Under the pieces are notes generated by a model. That model ran no database searches. It was not told where the DNA came from and worked only from the letters and a program-made list of their open reading frames with translations. Source: Bispira polyomma (Eukaryota). Taken from it: DNA of 64,000 bases. Within the stretch, counting starts at the first letter, position 1; each line of letters begins with the position of its first letter. The position numbers and the translations under genes are program-made. Shown here in pieces: positions 24,336-37,200 of the stretch. Where the stretch lies: positions 18,972,001 to 19,036,000 of the forward strand of contig OZ287752.1 in the NCBI GenBank assembly GCA_965649765.1, written 5' to 3'.

Positions 24336-25270
24336 TTGGTTATCCTCATTGAAAGACTAAAAACCTGGTTTGGTCTTAAGGACTCTGTCTTAAAATGGTT
24401 TGTTTCCTACTTGACAGACAGGTACCAGTCTATTAAAATTGGCGATATTCTGTCTGACTTACAAGTGCTGAAATTCGGTGTGCTGCAAGGGTCTGTGCTT
24501 GGACCACTCCTATTTTCATTATATACTACACCCCTTAGCAAAATTATTTCCTCCTATTCTTCTCTAAAGTATCACTTCTATGCAGATGATACACAGATTT
24601 ACGTACACCTTACTCCTAACACATCAATCGGTGCCCTGGAAGTCCTTCACAAATGCTTAGCAGATGTTCAAAATTGGATGGCGCTAAATAAGCTCAAGCT
24701 GAATCCTGCTAAAACCGAATTCATACTGTTTGGGTCGGGCACTCAATGTGCTGAACTGTCAAATTCTTTTCCTGTAAATATTCTTGGGACACTGTTATCC
24801 CCAACTGATAAAGTGAGAAACCTGGGAGTTTTGTTTGACAGTGATATTTCATTATCCAGTCATATCCAATCAGTGTGTAAGTCATGCTTCATGGATCTCA
24901 GAGACCTTAGGAGAATCAGGAGGTACCTTCCAAAATCGGTTGCAATAACTGCAGCAAATGTCCTGGTTGGTAGCAGACTGGACTACTGCAATTCACTGTA
25001 TTGCAGCTTGACCAAAAAGGACCTAAAAAAATTGCAATGCATTCAGAACTCATTGGCATGTCTGGTCAGTTGTTCTGCTCAGCTTTCAAATGCTTCATCG
25101 ATTCTGAAGTTACTCCACTTTTGCAAATGATGCCCCTACCCTATGGAATAGTTTGCCTCAACACATTAGGACAGCTCCGTCCCTGTATTCCTTTCGGCGC
25201 ACTTTAAAGACCTATCTGTTCAATGATGCATTCCCTCCATAGTCTCTTTCCCATTCTCGGTGGACGCATT
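24336..25270 (+). mobile_element. 5'-truncated L2-clade LINE (RT C-terminal part)
   Basis: GVLQGSVLGPLLFSLYT, YADDTQIY, LKLNPAKTE, SRLDYCNSL. Confidence 0.92.
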
Positions 25271-25399
25271 GATGATGACTTACTTCTGTCTATCACCTAT
25301 GTTTTTCGACTCTGGCTGTGGTTTTTTTGCGCCTTAGAATTCGTTACAACTAAAATAAGCGCTAAAAAGTCTGATATATTATCACACCTTGGTTTCTGA

Positions 25400-25762
25400 A
25401 TAAAGAACCCTGCTATGTTCCCTTTGACAGATCTTAAATAAATGATAGGTAAGGTTTCAGTGGTATTAAAGAAACAATGTGACCAATTGGTGATCTGAAT
25501 AACCACTTCACACATGTGTGATCTAATGTCTGTGTATGTCTCCACTGGAGCATACTGCATTAGTGCATTAACATTATACATATATTCACCATTGTATGAG
25601 AACCCTGTACTGGTGTCCGTTATGATTTCAGTATACAAAGAGTTCAAGTCACAATGTGGAAACATGAAATTATTATCACTATAAGTTCTTCATGTGCTGC
25701 CTTCACTCTGGCAGGACACCTTAAATTCTCTATCAATACTAGTATTAACATTAAGTTATTAC
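25400..25762 (-). pseudogene. Probable decayed second Ig exon of paralog 1
   Basis: FKVSCQSEGS*...YNVNALMQY..HMCEVVI has Ig-like Cys spacing and one stop; the position fits gene order. Confidence 0.4.
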
Positions 25763-25789
25763 TGTTCCTGTTAATATCCTGATTAATCA

Positions 25790-26052
25790 TACTATACAAA
25801 TTATTACCCCAGCCTGGGTTCTTTTACATGTCAACCAATTGTTCAGTCTCAGCTCCCTAGCCGGCTGCCACATGTGGCGCACAAGACTAACACCCATTAG
25901 CGCCAGGTACCCAATTATACACCTGGGAAGAGAGGGACAACTTTGTGCAAAGCACCTTGTCTAAGGATACAATCTCAAGGCCTACAGGCGAGAATTGAAC
26001 CCTGGCTCTCAAGATACCTGAGATCCAAAGTCTGACACACTAACCATTAGGT
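25790..26052 (-). mobile_element. tRNA-derived SINE with a Deu/Nin-like central domain
   Basis: Minus strand: cctaatggttag (A box)..gggttcaattctcg (B box)..tccttagacaaggtgcttt..cccaggtgtataattgggtacc. Confidence 0.75.
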
Positions 26053-26840
26053 TAACACTTTTAGGATTTTAGGTATCAACAAGTAGTACTCTGTTTATAA
26101 AGTACACAACTGTACAGTACTGCATGGAGTTATATTCCTGTTGAGTTCTAATAGGAAAATGTTATATTATCATTGATATGATAGAATATAATTCATTTTC
26201 ACTCCTTTATTGTAAGAAAATGGAATGTATTATTATACGATGTCCCATGCTAATGCCACCATTGCATGGAATTTATTTAATAAAAATTAGCACAGTATTT
26301 GGAGTAATACTTGTCACACATTGTGGCATGTCTGATCACAAATAGTACCAGTACACGCACAAGTACTTACACACATGACAATTAATATGTACCATGTGTC
26401 CTAAAACATACACTGAAATGTAATGCACTGAGACAATTATCGTGTACTACAAGTCATTTTGTATTAATTTAACCCATGTCCGTGAATGATAATATATTAA
26501 AAACTACAAATATTGTTTATCAGTGCGACACATATATAAATAACTACAATTATTTAAGTATTATATCCTTAGTTGGAGCGGCAGGATTAAACAATAATAT
26601 GCATATAGGTAGTTGTATATAACACACACCTCTCAAGGTCAATCCAAAATATGTTTAAATATAAATTTTTTTTACAGGTTTATACTACCAACTAATTAAT
26701 ACTTTCGTTTTAATGACAATTTTACAGACAAGTTAAGACATTAATTGAATTGGTGATAACCAAGACTGTGTTTTTCAGAAAGACTTTTCAGTCTTCTAGA
26801 CTATTGAGTTACTTTGAATGATAGTATTATAAACACATAC

Positions 26841-27180
26841 CGTCTGTATACAATCATGCTCCGGGATTACTGACATTTGTATCCATATACACCACTGCTG
26901 GAAAAAGTTATTTACTATACCTTAAACCTATCCAAGTCCCCAAGTTTGATATCATTCTGAAATATTTCTCCAAATTATTATTTAACACAGAATATCCTTC
27001 CTACAGTTGTCAGAACCTGTTTATTCATCTAATTATCTATAAAAAAACTCTAATCAATCTCATTCATAACGTTTTCAGGTAATCCTACTGCCCTTGTTCC
27101 TAAAGATTTCAATTCTGAATAATGGATATGATCAAAAGCACTTGGTATATATGGTGCAACAATCACCCCAAGCGATATTT
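26841..27180 (-). pseudogene. Probable decayed V-type Ig exon of paralog 1
   Basis: Bounded by ag..gt; GLPENVMNEID* aligns with GLPKSDIRKLDW and SGVYGYKCQ with DGVQYQC of the intact paralog. Confidence 0.5.
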
Positions 27181-28253
27181 CTGTATTTAAGTTATTTTTA
27201 GGTAAAGGTGTTATGAACATGTTACAATTTATATTAATTATTTAAATAAAATGCGCACTAAATTTTAAGAATATTGCAAATGACAAGAAAAATTTTAATT
27301 GTAATTGTAATTTACTAGCGAACCCATCAAGCTGATACAGCCGTGATGTTTAATAGTAAATAGGTAATATTTTCCCAGAATTGCAGCTGTATTAAATATT
27401 GCATAGCTTTCATATTTTGTACATGCATCAAATGCAGATAAATAATGCTCATAGTCATGGAAGAGTGTACTGTGAGATGATGTTATAAGATTTATGGAAT
27501 GCATATTGTAATAGCCCACTTAAAGTATGCAAGATCAGTTAAAAAAATAACAACCGCTAGAAGTATGCAATGACGATGATAATATTGTTTGATGTGTGAT
27601 TTGACATGACATTTCACTTAAGATGTAAACATGGCCAATGTAAGCAACTGTGACTTAGAGTATATTGTACAAACTCTGCTAAATAGCTTTATAGTTCCTC
27701 AGGACCAGCGACCTTTTTAAAGCCAAGTAAACACACATGGAGACATACTGCTGTTAAAAGTTTATTAATTACTTCCTAATATGTCAAATGTCTAATTCGA
27801 ACACAATATACAAGATATTAACTAATAAAGGTTATCATATGTTTAAATCAATTCGAGGCCACCATAACTGCACACATTACTTTTATTGTCCTAAGATTAG
27901 GTGGCCTTAAGTATATATTTGAGAAAGGGAATATTTTACAAATCAAAACAAAGCATACATTACAATTATAAGTTTTACGGTGACCATAAATGATGTTTAT
28001 TATGATAGTTTATTGCTGATAGGTCAGTTATTTAGTCATTAATTTCATCCCGCTTTTTTATTATCTTCTCTCTATTATGTTAATTTTAATATAAACTACA
28101 GTTTTATTAGGTAAATGATTAACTGCTATGCTACACACAAAATTATTAAATGTTTGTTACATTTTACTTAATTATTAAAATGATGAAATATAATCTTCTT
28201 CAAGTTTTTTTCTAGTAGATTTTGACCGTCTTTTAGTAACTTGCGTTTTTCCT

Positions 28254-31200
28254 CTAACCAATGACTTCGTATGTCACATGCTAAAAGGGAAGTGGAAGAA
28301 CTTGATAACACTTAAAGTACAGACACAAATTTTATGTGATATTGCTGGGTAGTTTTGCAAAATGACAAATAAGTATTCAAGATGGATCTTATAATTATGT
28401 AAAAAATGTGTTAATATGACATGCAACACAGCTTTGAGTTATACAGGGGTAACCAAACAGAATCCTTGCCTTCAAGTCAGCATATTCACCAGGGGCTCCT
28501 GGTTCCTCAGGTTTTGTCATTTCATACAGAGCATTTTCCTTATTTGCAACAACATTTTCATATGAAGCTGTGGGATGATCATTTTCAGACTAAAATGCAA
28601 TGTGCTTTAGAAATATAAAGGAAAAAACTGAGGTATAAACTACAAAGTTATTTAGATTTTTCCACGCAGTACACAAGTGTAGTTTGCCTGTTGCCGGATG
28701 ATCATTGTCAGACTAAAATGCAATGTGCTTTAGAAATATAAAGGAAAAAACTGAGGTATAAACTACAAAGTTATTTAGATTTTTCCACACAGTACACAAG
28801 TGTAGTTTGCCTGTTGCCGGATGATCATTGTCAGACTAAAATGCAATGTGCTTTAGAAATATAAAGGAAAAAACTGAGGTATAAACTACAAAGTTATTTA
28901 GATTTTTCCATACAGGACACAAGTGTAGTTTGTTTGTTGTGTACCTAAAAATGACTAATAAACCTTTTCACTACTCATGTACATTTAACTTGCACCAAAC
29001 ATTATGACTGACATATCTGCAGTATCTAGTAAGCCCTTGCCTTGAAAGTTATCATTGTCCCCAAATGTTTGCTGATCTGGTACTGGGTATAAGCAAAACG
29101 GGACCACCCATTTTAGTGGTCATTTCGGCCATTATTTATATACCTGTATCTGATACAGAGTTTACATCCACTATGGTCCATAATAATTTTTGTCCACTAG
29201 ACCACAGTAGCATTTAAAATTGGTAACACAATGAAAAATGAGCTTGTTACAGGGTGTAGGTGTGCAATTATATGGTTTGATTTCAACACAAGATTTCAGG
29301 GTTTTGCACCCCTGATGATATTTGAAAAATTCGTTGATGAACTGTGTAAATATGTGTACAAGTAATGTATTGTTACGTATGTGAGATATTTCCACAGCTA
29401 TTATTTTATCTTGTCTATCTTTGCAAAATTATCACATTAATACTATTTTCCCGAATAGTACTTACATGTGAAGTCTTCTTTATAATGTGTATCCTAAGCT
29501 TCCCAGTTTTGTATAATATAAATGTCGCAACAAAAACAATGATTAGCAATCCAGCTATAATCGAAATTACCACTAGTCCAGCAATAAATGCAATATTTCT
29601 ATCAGTTTCATGTAGGACATCTATAATATTATAGCAATAAAAAATTGTATTAATTATTGAATAAGTCCAAGATGACAATTATTAAATTATATTTTTCCTA
29701 TATTACTACGAAGTATAAAATGTAAATATACCTCTTTTGTCAATCACAGTAAACATCTTCACTAATACCTTGTCTTCATCCTGAAAGACCATTATAAAGT
29801 AAGTATATTCTGGATAACCTTCACTTAGTGCCAAAGAATTGTCGCTTTTTGATGTAACATTCAAAATTGCAGTGCAGTCTTCTTCCCCATAGCTACACAT
29901 AAATATGCCAACATAACTATATATTCCTCCTATAGTGGACCACTGAAATACCCAAATATCTTCATAAATGTTAATAGTTGGTACATCCTGTAATAATGGT
30001 CTAGCTAGAAATACAAAGAAAAACATTTTAATCTTTGAATTTGTACAAAATGTATAATATGTGAAATATGGTATTATCTATCTAGGCACAATAATGCAAC
30101 TTATACCTAATGTAGATATTGAAACCTCAGGCTGAGGAAGACTTTCACCCCATTTATTTGTGGCTTGAACCTTGAAGTAATAATTGGTTTCTGGTTGTAA
30201 CTCTGTCACTTTGTAGATAATTCTTTCATTTCTTCCCAAGTCTTCAATTCCTTGCTGGTATAAAAGGTTACTTTCCCCATCTTTCCTGTGATATACGATA
30301 AATGTCTGCATGCTTCCTCCATTTTTGCCAGACAACCATGACAGAGTGATAGATATGGCTGTAACTGATTCAAATAACACGGAATGTGGAGCCTCAGGAA
30401 TACCTGAAATCATTAAACATAAAACATATAACTAAACTACTTAGTTCATATAACATTGATAATATGGCATTAAGGTTGAAAACCAGTGTATGCCAAACTA
30501 ATTACCCTTTTCAATAAGATTCAGCTGTAGTGTAACTTCCTCTTCAACATTGTTGTTCATCGTCACCTCATACAGACCAAAATCACTAATGGTTACAGGG
30601 TCAAAAGTCAGTTGTAACAGAGTCTCATCAACTCTATTCTCCACTGTCTTAACTATTAGATTCTCTGGAGAAATGATAGAACCCTCATGCTGAATGGTCA
30701 CATGTTTGCGATTAACTGCTGGATAGGCCTTTACTGTACAATTTAGTAAGGCCACTTCGTTTATTCCAGAGTATGTCACTTTCTGTATAGATGAACTAAC
30801 ATCAACTGGTGAAACTGAAATGGTAAGCACAAATTTGCATCACTCACATTAATACCATTAAAGTAGTACCTTACAATTTACAGAAAAACAATAGTAGGTC
30901 CTGCCAAATATTGTGCACAAGTCGCTTCCAAATGTCTTTTGAACTGATTAATTAAATAGCCAATCGTGAGTCACTGCCAGGTTGGCCTTTACTTTACAAT
31001 TTAGTAAGGCAACTTTGTTTATAGTATGTCACTTTCTGCATAGATGAACTAACATCAAGTGGTGAAACTAAAAAGGTAAGTACTAATATCAGCATACAAC
31101 TTAATATCATTGATGGTTCATTCCCGACCAAAAATTTGGATTATAGGTATTTATTGCTAAATTAACACACTACATTACACTGTTCAAATACTTTTACTAC

Positions 31201-34200
31201 AATTATTCACACATCACACATTAGTAGCCTCAGATATGTACACTTCAGTCTGTCTGTACTTTACACTGTCTACCTGTACTAAATTTGCTAATACAATACT
31301 CACACTGTACAAGTAATTCTCTGCTATCACTGTTTACACCTCCCTCATTTGTCACCTCACACATATACACTCCTGCCTGCCGGTACTCTACACTGTCAAA
31401 CTCTAACTCTTGATCTGTGTTGCTATTTAGCTCACTGCTCTCTCTATACCGAGGTACAAAACTCCAGCTATAAGACAACACTTCCACAGGGTTACCTCCT
31501 GTAGCTTCACAGGTCAAGGTCAGACTGCTGCCTGATTCAGAATCTGAGGGATTCTGGATGACTTTAACATCATGTGGGACTGAAATCATAAAAAAATTAA
31601 TGAACATGTATGTTATATTAATCTTAATTAAGTACTGCTTAGAGTGAATATATTTATTGTACTGCATTATATAATTATATTTACAGCATTTCTTTGACCT
31701 GATAGGGCTCTATATAAATCTGATATATTATTATATTTGCCAGTGTACTAATATTGGGAGTTATGTAACTGTAATATTAAATTCAGAGAACTATATTTGC
31801 TAGATATTGTTGTAATAATTATTATTTTCATGGGTTAATTTGACTGTTACATACTTAATATATATATATCATATATATTTTACAGTCCATCTACGCAAAA
31901 GAGTCATTACACCTAATGACTCATACCTTACTCATTGCATAATGATTTGTGGTTCATAATTACACGGATTGCCTGAATAGTAATACAAGATTTAGGCAAT
32001 CTGTTTACTGGTATTAAGAGTAATATTTCATCATAATATGTTGTTACATAGGTGAAAAATAAATTGATATCTAAATGTATTAAAGATAATAAATTAATAC
32101 TTGTTACAGACATATCTGTTTTATACTACTGCAAGAGTTTTTTACAATATCAAAGTAATGACTGCTTTCACAGATTGGCTGTATCATATACATATGGTGG
32201 ATGATAATAATAATAAATTACATGATTCACATCCCTCCTGTTATTCGGGTGTCACAGATCCTGACCTTAACTAGACTCTACATGGCATTGGCCATCATCA
32301 ATCAAAAGATAATGACACATTCCAATATTGCACAATAATGTTATCCTCCAAGACTAACTTCCTAACCATAACGGCACAAGAGACCATATGAATATAAAGC
32401 AAGAAATATTTACAAAATACATCTGCATAAAAAAATTACAATGTATTATTTTCAAGGTTGGTGAAAAATCAAGAGAGATATTGGATACTGATATTAGTTA
32501 TCAGAGTGTTACTAATTGTTTTCTCATTATACAAATTTGCCAAATAGGGTATAATATATTGACTTAATCTAACATCCAGTGTGACTGTATCTCTGCCTAA
32601 ATCTCACTAACACAAAACTTCACCTAAATCTATTACTTATATCTAACATCCAGTATAACTATGTGTCTCACTGCTGACTTCTCACTAACAGAACACTCCA
32701 TATAAATCAATGACTTATATGTAATTTACAGTATTACTATATTTCCCACTTCTGACTAATACTAAATAACACATCAACTACATCTATTACTTACATCTAA
32801 CATCCAGTATTACTGTATCTTTCACTGATGACTTCCCATTAACATAACACACCACCTCCTTGCCATTCAGTGTTCCGTCTACTGTTAGCTGTAACACACT
32901 TGTCCTAGTTTCTGTATTATACATCCCCTCCTCTGTTGTGTCACTAGTAGAACTATCACTATTCCCCACTACAGTCCACAACACATCAGCAGTAGGTTCA
33001 GACTCATCAGTCACACACATGAAGGTCATTACTGTGTTTTTGGAGACTGGACTAGAAGGAGACTGTGTCATAGTAATACTAGAGGCTGAAACTGAAAATG
33101 CAAAATAATGACATGAAATATGTTGTTCTAAATCTATTGTCTGTTGTTCTATCTGTAATTTCTAGATTTGCTTTAAAGTGGCTGAAAGAAAAAACAAAAA
33201 GAGAAACTAAACCCTTCCTTACATCAGTTGGCACAAATCCCACTTTGATATAATGCTTGCCTGCGAAACGTAAATCGGGACGTTATAACACATCAGAAGT
33301 TTGTGTAAATGATCACATAAAACGTTGGCCAAACGAATCATGCCTGTTCGAGGTATGCAAGGAGAGAGTTTGCTTTGATGATCTGACAGTTTCACAGTTC
33401 ACGGCAGGCCAGATACAAAATATTCTATTAAATTAAAAACTCATCCATTTTGCGAGCTATGCTCACACACTTAGCAGACAATATATCTTGGGATATTGCC
33501 CGTGGAACTTATGCAAGCAACATGTATGATGTTGAAGAGGGTCGTTTGAGTTGGACCAACAAAACGAAATGGACTATGAACAAATTATCATATTTTCAGG
33601 CTTTAAATTCCAACAACACAACCTCAAATAGCTCGTCTGCAACATCGTCAACAAGCAAGCACAAAATGTTTTGCAGACACTACCAAAAGAACCAGTGTCA
33701 GCATCAGAAGGACCATGAACGGACTAATACAACTTTTACAAGAAATTCTATCCGTATCCAGAAGCAAAATTCTACTAAATTCACAGATGACCAAGCACTA
33801 CTAGTACTACTGCAAACGCATCCCAATAGGATTTTGGACTGCCCCCAGTCACCGCTGCCAGTTTTTTAGACCTCATTTCAAATCTTGACACTACATTATG
33901 TGTGAGTAACGGTTACTTCATTTATAACTCTCCTTATTATTTAGTTTGTCATGATTATATATGTATTTCAGGTGTGTACACTTTGACTTATATTCAAGGT
34001 CATGATTACTTCCAAAAAGCCACACACACATTGGACCAAATTTGGCTAATAACTTATTTAGACACCATGTCTATTTCAGTATTTTATAACTCTGTTTTAA
34101 ATCAAAAACAGCAAATAAGGAAGACAGTTTTAGAACCACTACTACACACATGCACATACCAAAGAAGGAAATAGTACACAATATTTCACAGATATCATAG

Positions 34201-37200
34201 ATAGCATTTGTAAATATAACAGCCAATGCCAAAAGAAGCACAACACACAGTCATTGACAATATATCTTCAAACAAAGACTTCGCAGTCCTGAAACTATAG
34301 CCAAATATTTTACTACAGAGATTGAAAGAGGTACCTTAGTTGCCCCCTGTTAGTATTGCTCTCCATTGTTGACAATACCTAAGGACACTGACCAACGTCA
34401 CCTTATATCTCACCCCTTACAGGGCCTTCACACTGTTCCTTTTGTTTATTCCGTTGTCTAGCCATATGTAACGAAGCTCCATTGTCTGCGTGACAACGTG
34501 TCATAAGGGATAACTCTATTTTGCGACCAGAAGCGACCAGAAGGGTGTGCCGTTCATGAAAATATGTCAGTCATTTAAAATCACTGATCAGGAAAGCTTG
34601 GTTTATTCCCTAAATGTCTCGCAAATGATCTGCTTGTCTTTTCTTTGAAGTTGCATAGTGTCAGCCTCGGATTGCTTTTGCAGGTACAGAGTCTATTCAG
34701 AGCTTATCCTGAACATACTGGGGCCCATATAACCCCAAATATGGTTTTTCTATTTATTTTGTAGAGAACAACTACAAACCTCACCTCTTTGCACCACGTG
34801 GCCCAAGTATCAGGGTTGCTTTTCAAAATGTAGTTATAAGTCAGGGCAATGGACTGCATACAATTTTTTGTACTAAACATAATTGGAACTACCACCAATA
34901 TTATGAAATAAAATTTTGATAAACCATACAGCCAGTCATGAGCGGCCCGTTTAACCGATTGTAAGCCTTTGTGCTCTAATTTCCCCCTTTCGCTAAATGG
35001 TCTCAATACAAAGCCATGCTGTTGGTGCTTTGTTAATGTTGAAAGCCATCGGATACTAATCCTATTCATGAGCAATCTGTTTGCACTCTGTTGGTAATCT
35101 TTTGGTACCCTAAGTATTCTTGTGATAATACATTCCCATCCGGAGTCATACTTTCCCACCTTCTGAAGCCACTCCGGTGACGGGACATGGCATTCTGAGG
35201 CACTTCTTTCTCCCGTGTTTTACGAAGCCCCGCAGGTATCAGGAATATAAATAGGCTCTGCTGCAAGCCCAGCTCATTCTCTATCTTCACTTGTCCGAGT
35301 GAACACAGTATTTTAATTGCAATTTTGGTAAAGCATATATACATATATATTGCTTTAGTATGCCACGTGGTAGGAAAGCTAAAAAGAAAGCAGCGAGGCC
35401 TGAATGCAGGGGCTCAGAGGAGGTGGCAAAGTGGGGTAGGTTGCAGGTGTGGTACCAGGTGGTGTATGACTTTCATGTAAAAATATCTGCACCAGGAAAG
35501 ACTGGCAAATCAGACGCGGGAGTAGGGGACATGACAGACATGACCAGATGAAAAATATTCAAGATGAGCTTTCTGGAGAAACACGTGTACAGGGTGCACA
35601 GCAAACAGACCATGAGCCAGCTTTCTTTGACTTTGACCAAAATAATGGACAGCCGGCAAGCAGTCGAGATGACCAGCCAGAGGACCAGGATGTGTTATTA
35701 CCAGGAGATGTTACTGATGTGGACAGTGCCAGTAATGTGAGGAGCCCTACACCAGTCAGCACTAGAAGGAGGTCAGTTAAGAAGACCACAACCATCCCTA
35801 CCATCACTGATAAACTGATAGTGCTACTGAGGGAAAGAGGCCAGACCAGCCAAACCATAGGGACCCAGATGCAAGAGTTCATGCACAAGTCCACTGAAGA
35901 GTCGGCCCAAGAAGCCTGGGCAGGTTGGATTTTGGCCTAAATTAAGACAATCCACACAAAGTTCATGACCGTTTTCAAGACGGAGAGCTACTTAATGATG
36001 CAGATATATTTATGAACAGCCGTACTTGGTTTCTAGACATGGACTGGGTTGGTGCAGAACCGAGCTTAAATGAAAGGACAGACAGAGGGACTGTTATACA
36101 GGGAGCTTACAAACGTGGTTTAGACTGAAGTTATGACCAGACTGATAGGATAAAGTGATGTCAACTTATGGCCTGATTATGGGCAACGGTACATGATTTT
36201 TAAATATGTGTTTTATTAATGTAGTCTCAGGCTGCACATGTGTAAATATAAACCCAAAAGGGCAATACATCACTAACATACAGGCTTGTGCCATATTTGC
36301 AGAATAATTGAATAATGTACCAATATGTATGTATGTGAAGTACTACATGTTCAAAATTCTATGTTTTGATAGGCTAGTCCTAATTGTGTGAACTAAGATT
36401 GATTATAAAGAAGTATACGAATGGTTATGGGTAATCCACTTTAGGGTTGCCATTTGTAGTACTATTACGTATTTTATTGGTTGTTACTTGCCTGTTGCGG
36501 CATTAAAATTTTACTTATCTTAAAAATTTTAAGCAATTTTATCATATGTTAATGTCAATTGTAGAATATATATATATGTATGCTAACATGTAAAAAAAAA
36601 TAAACACTCAATCGAAATCTTTTATTACCTCTTCACCATTGCAATAAATGTATCAGAGCTGGACATCAAACTTGACCTTTCTCAACTCATGACCTTGTAG
36701 CTTAAACTCTTGTGTTTCAACGTTTGGGGACTGAAAGAGGTCCTGTGTTCGAACGCAGCCCTTTTTAGTACAGCGTAAAAATAGAGTAGAAAATAAAAAA
36801 ATTAACAAAGAAAGACATATTCATGACATTTGAAAACAATGTAACTCAGCTCCTTTTAATGCATATATTATTTGGCCAATTCTATGTATCTCTTCAAACC
36901 TTTTAATTATGTGAATGATGGGTTTCAAAGACAGGACCTTTAAATGTAACATGCTTTCGTACTGGGACTTTGACTACAAGGTGCAGGGTTCAAATCCCAT
37001 TTCTGGATAAGATGGTATAGGTACTTTCGAGAAAGGGCTCAAAAATTTAATGCCGGGGTCAATTGTGTGACTTTATTTAATTTTTTACTTCATTTATTTT
37101 TTTGTTTTTGGAATGGGTGGGCATTATTGTCTGGATTTGGGTTTTTTTGTGTCTTGTGTACTGATGTTGAATTCATTAGTCTTTCTTGTTTTCAGGGACA

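Noticed and set aside
28573-28940. CRISPR-like array; also an ITIM-like VVYTSV in the repeat's reading frame
   Set aside because: Head-to-tail repeats with no unique spacers in a eukaryotic intron; the motif derives from intron sequence and is likely chance
36960-37010. tRNA-like ggactttgac..ggttcaaatccc
   Set aside because: Only a partial anticodon/T arm with no acceptor stem; likely a SINE or tRNA relic
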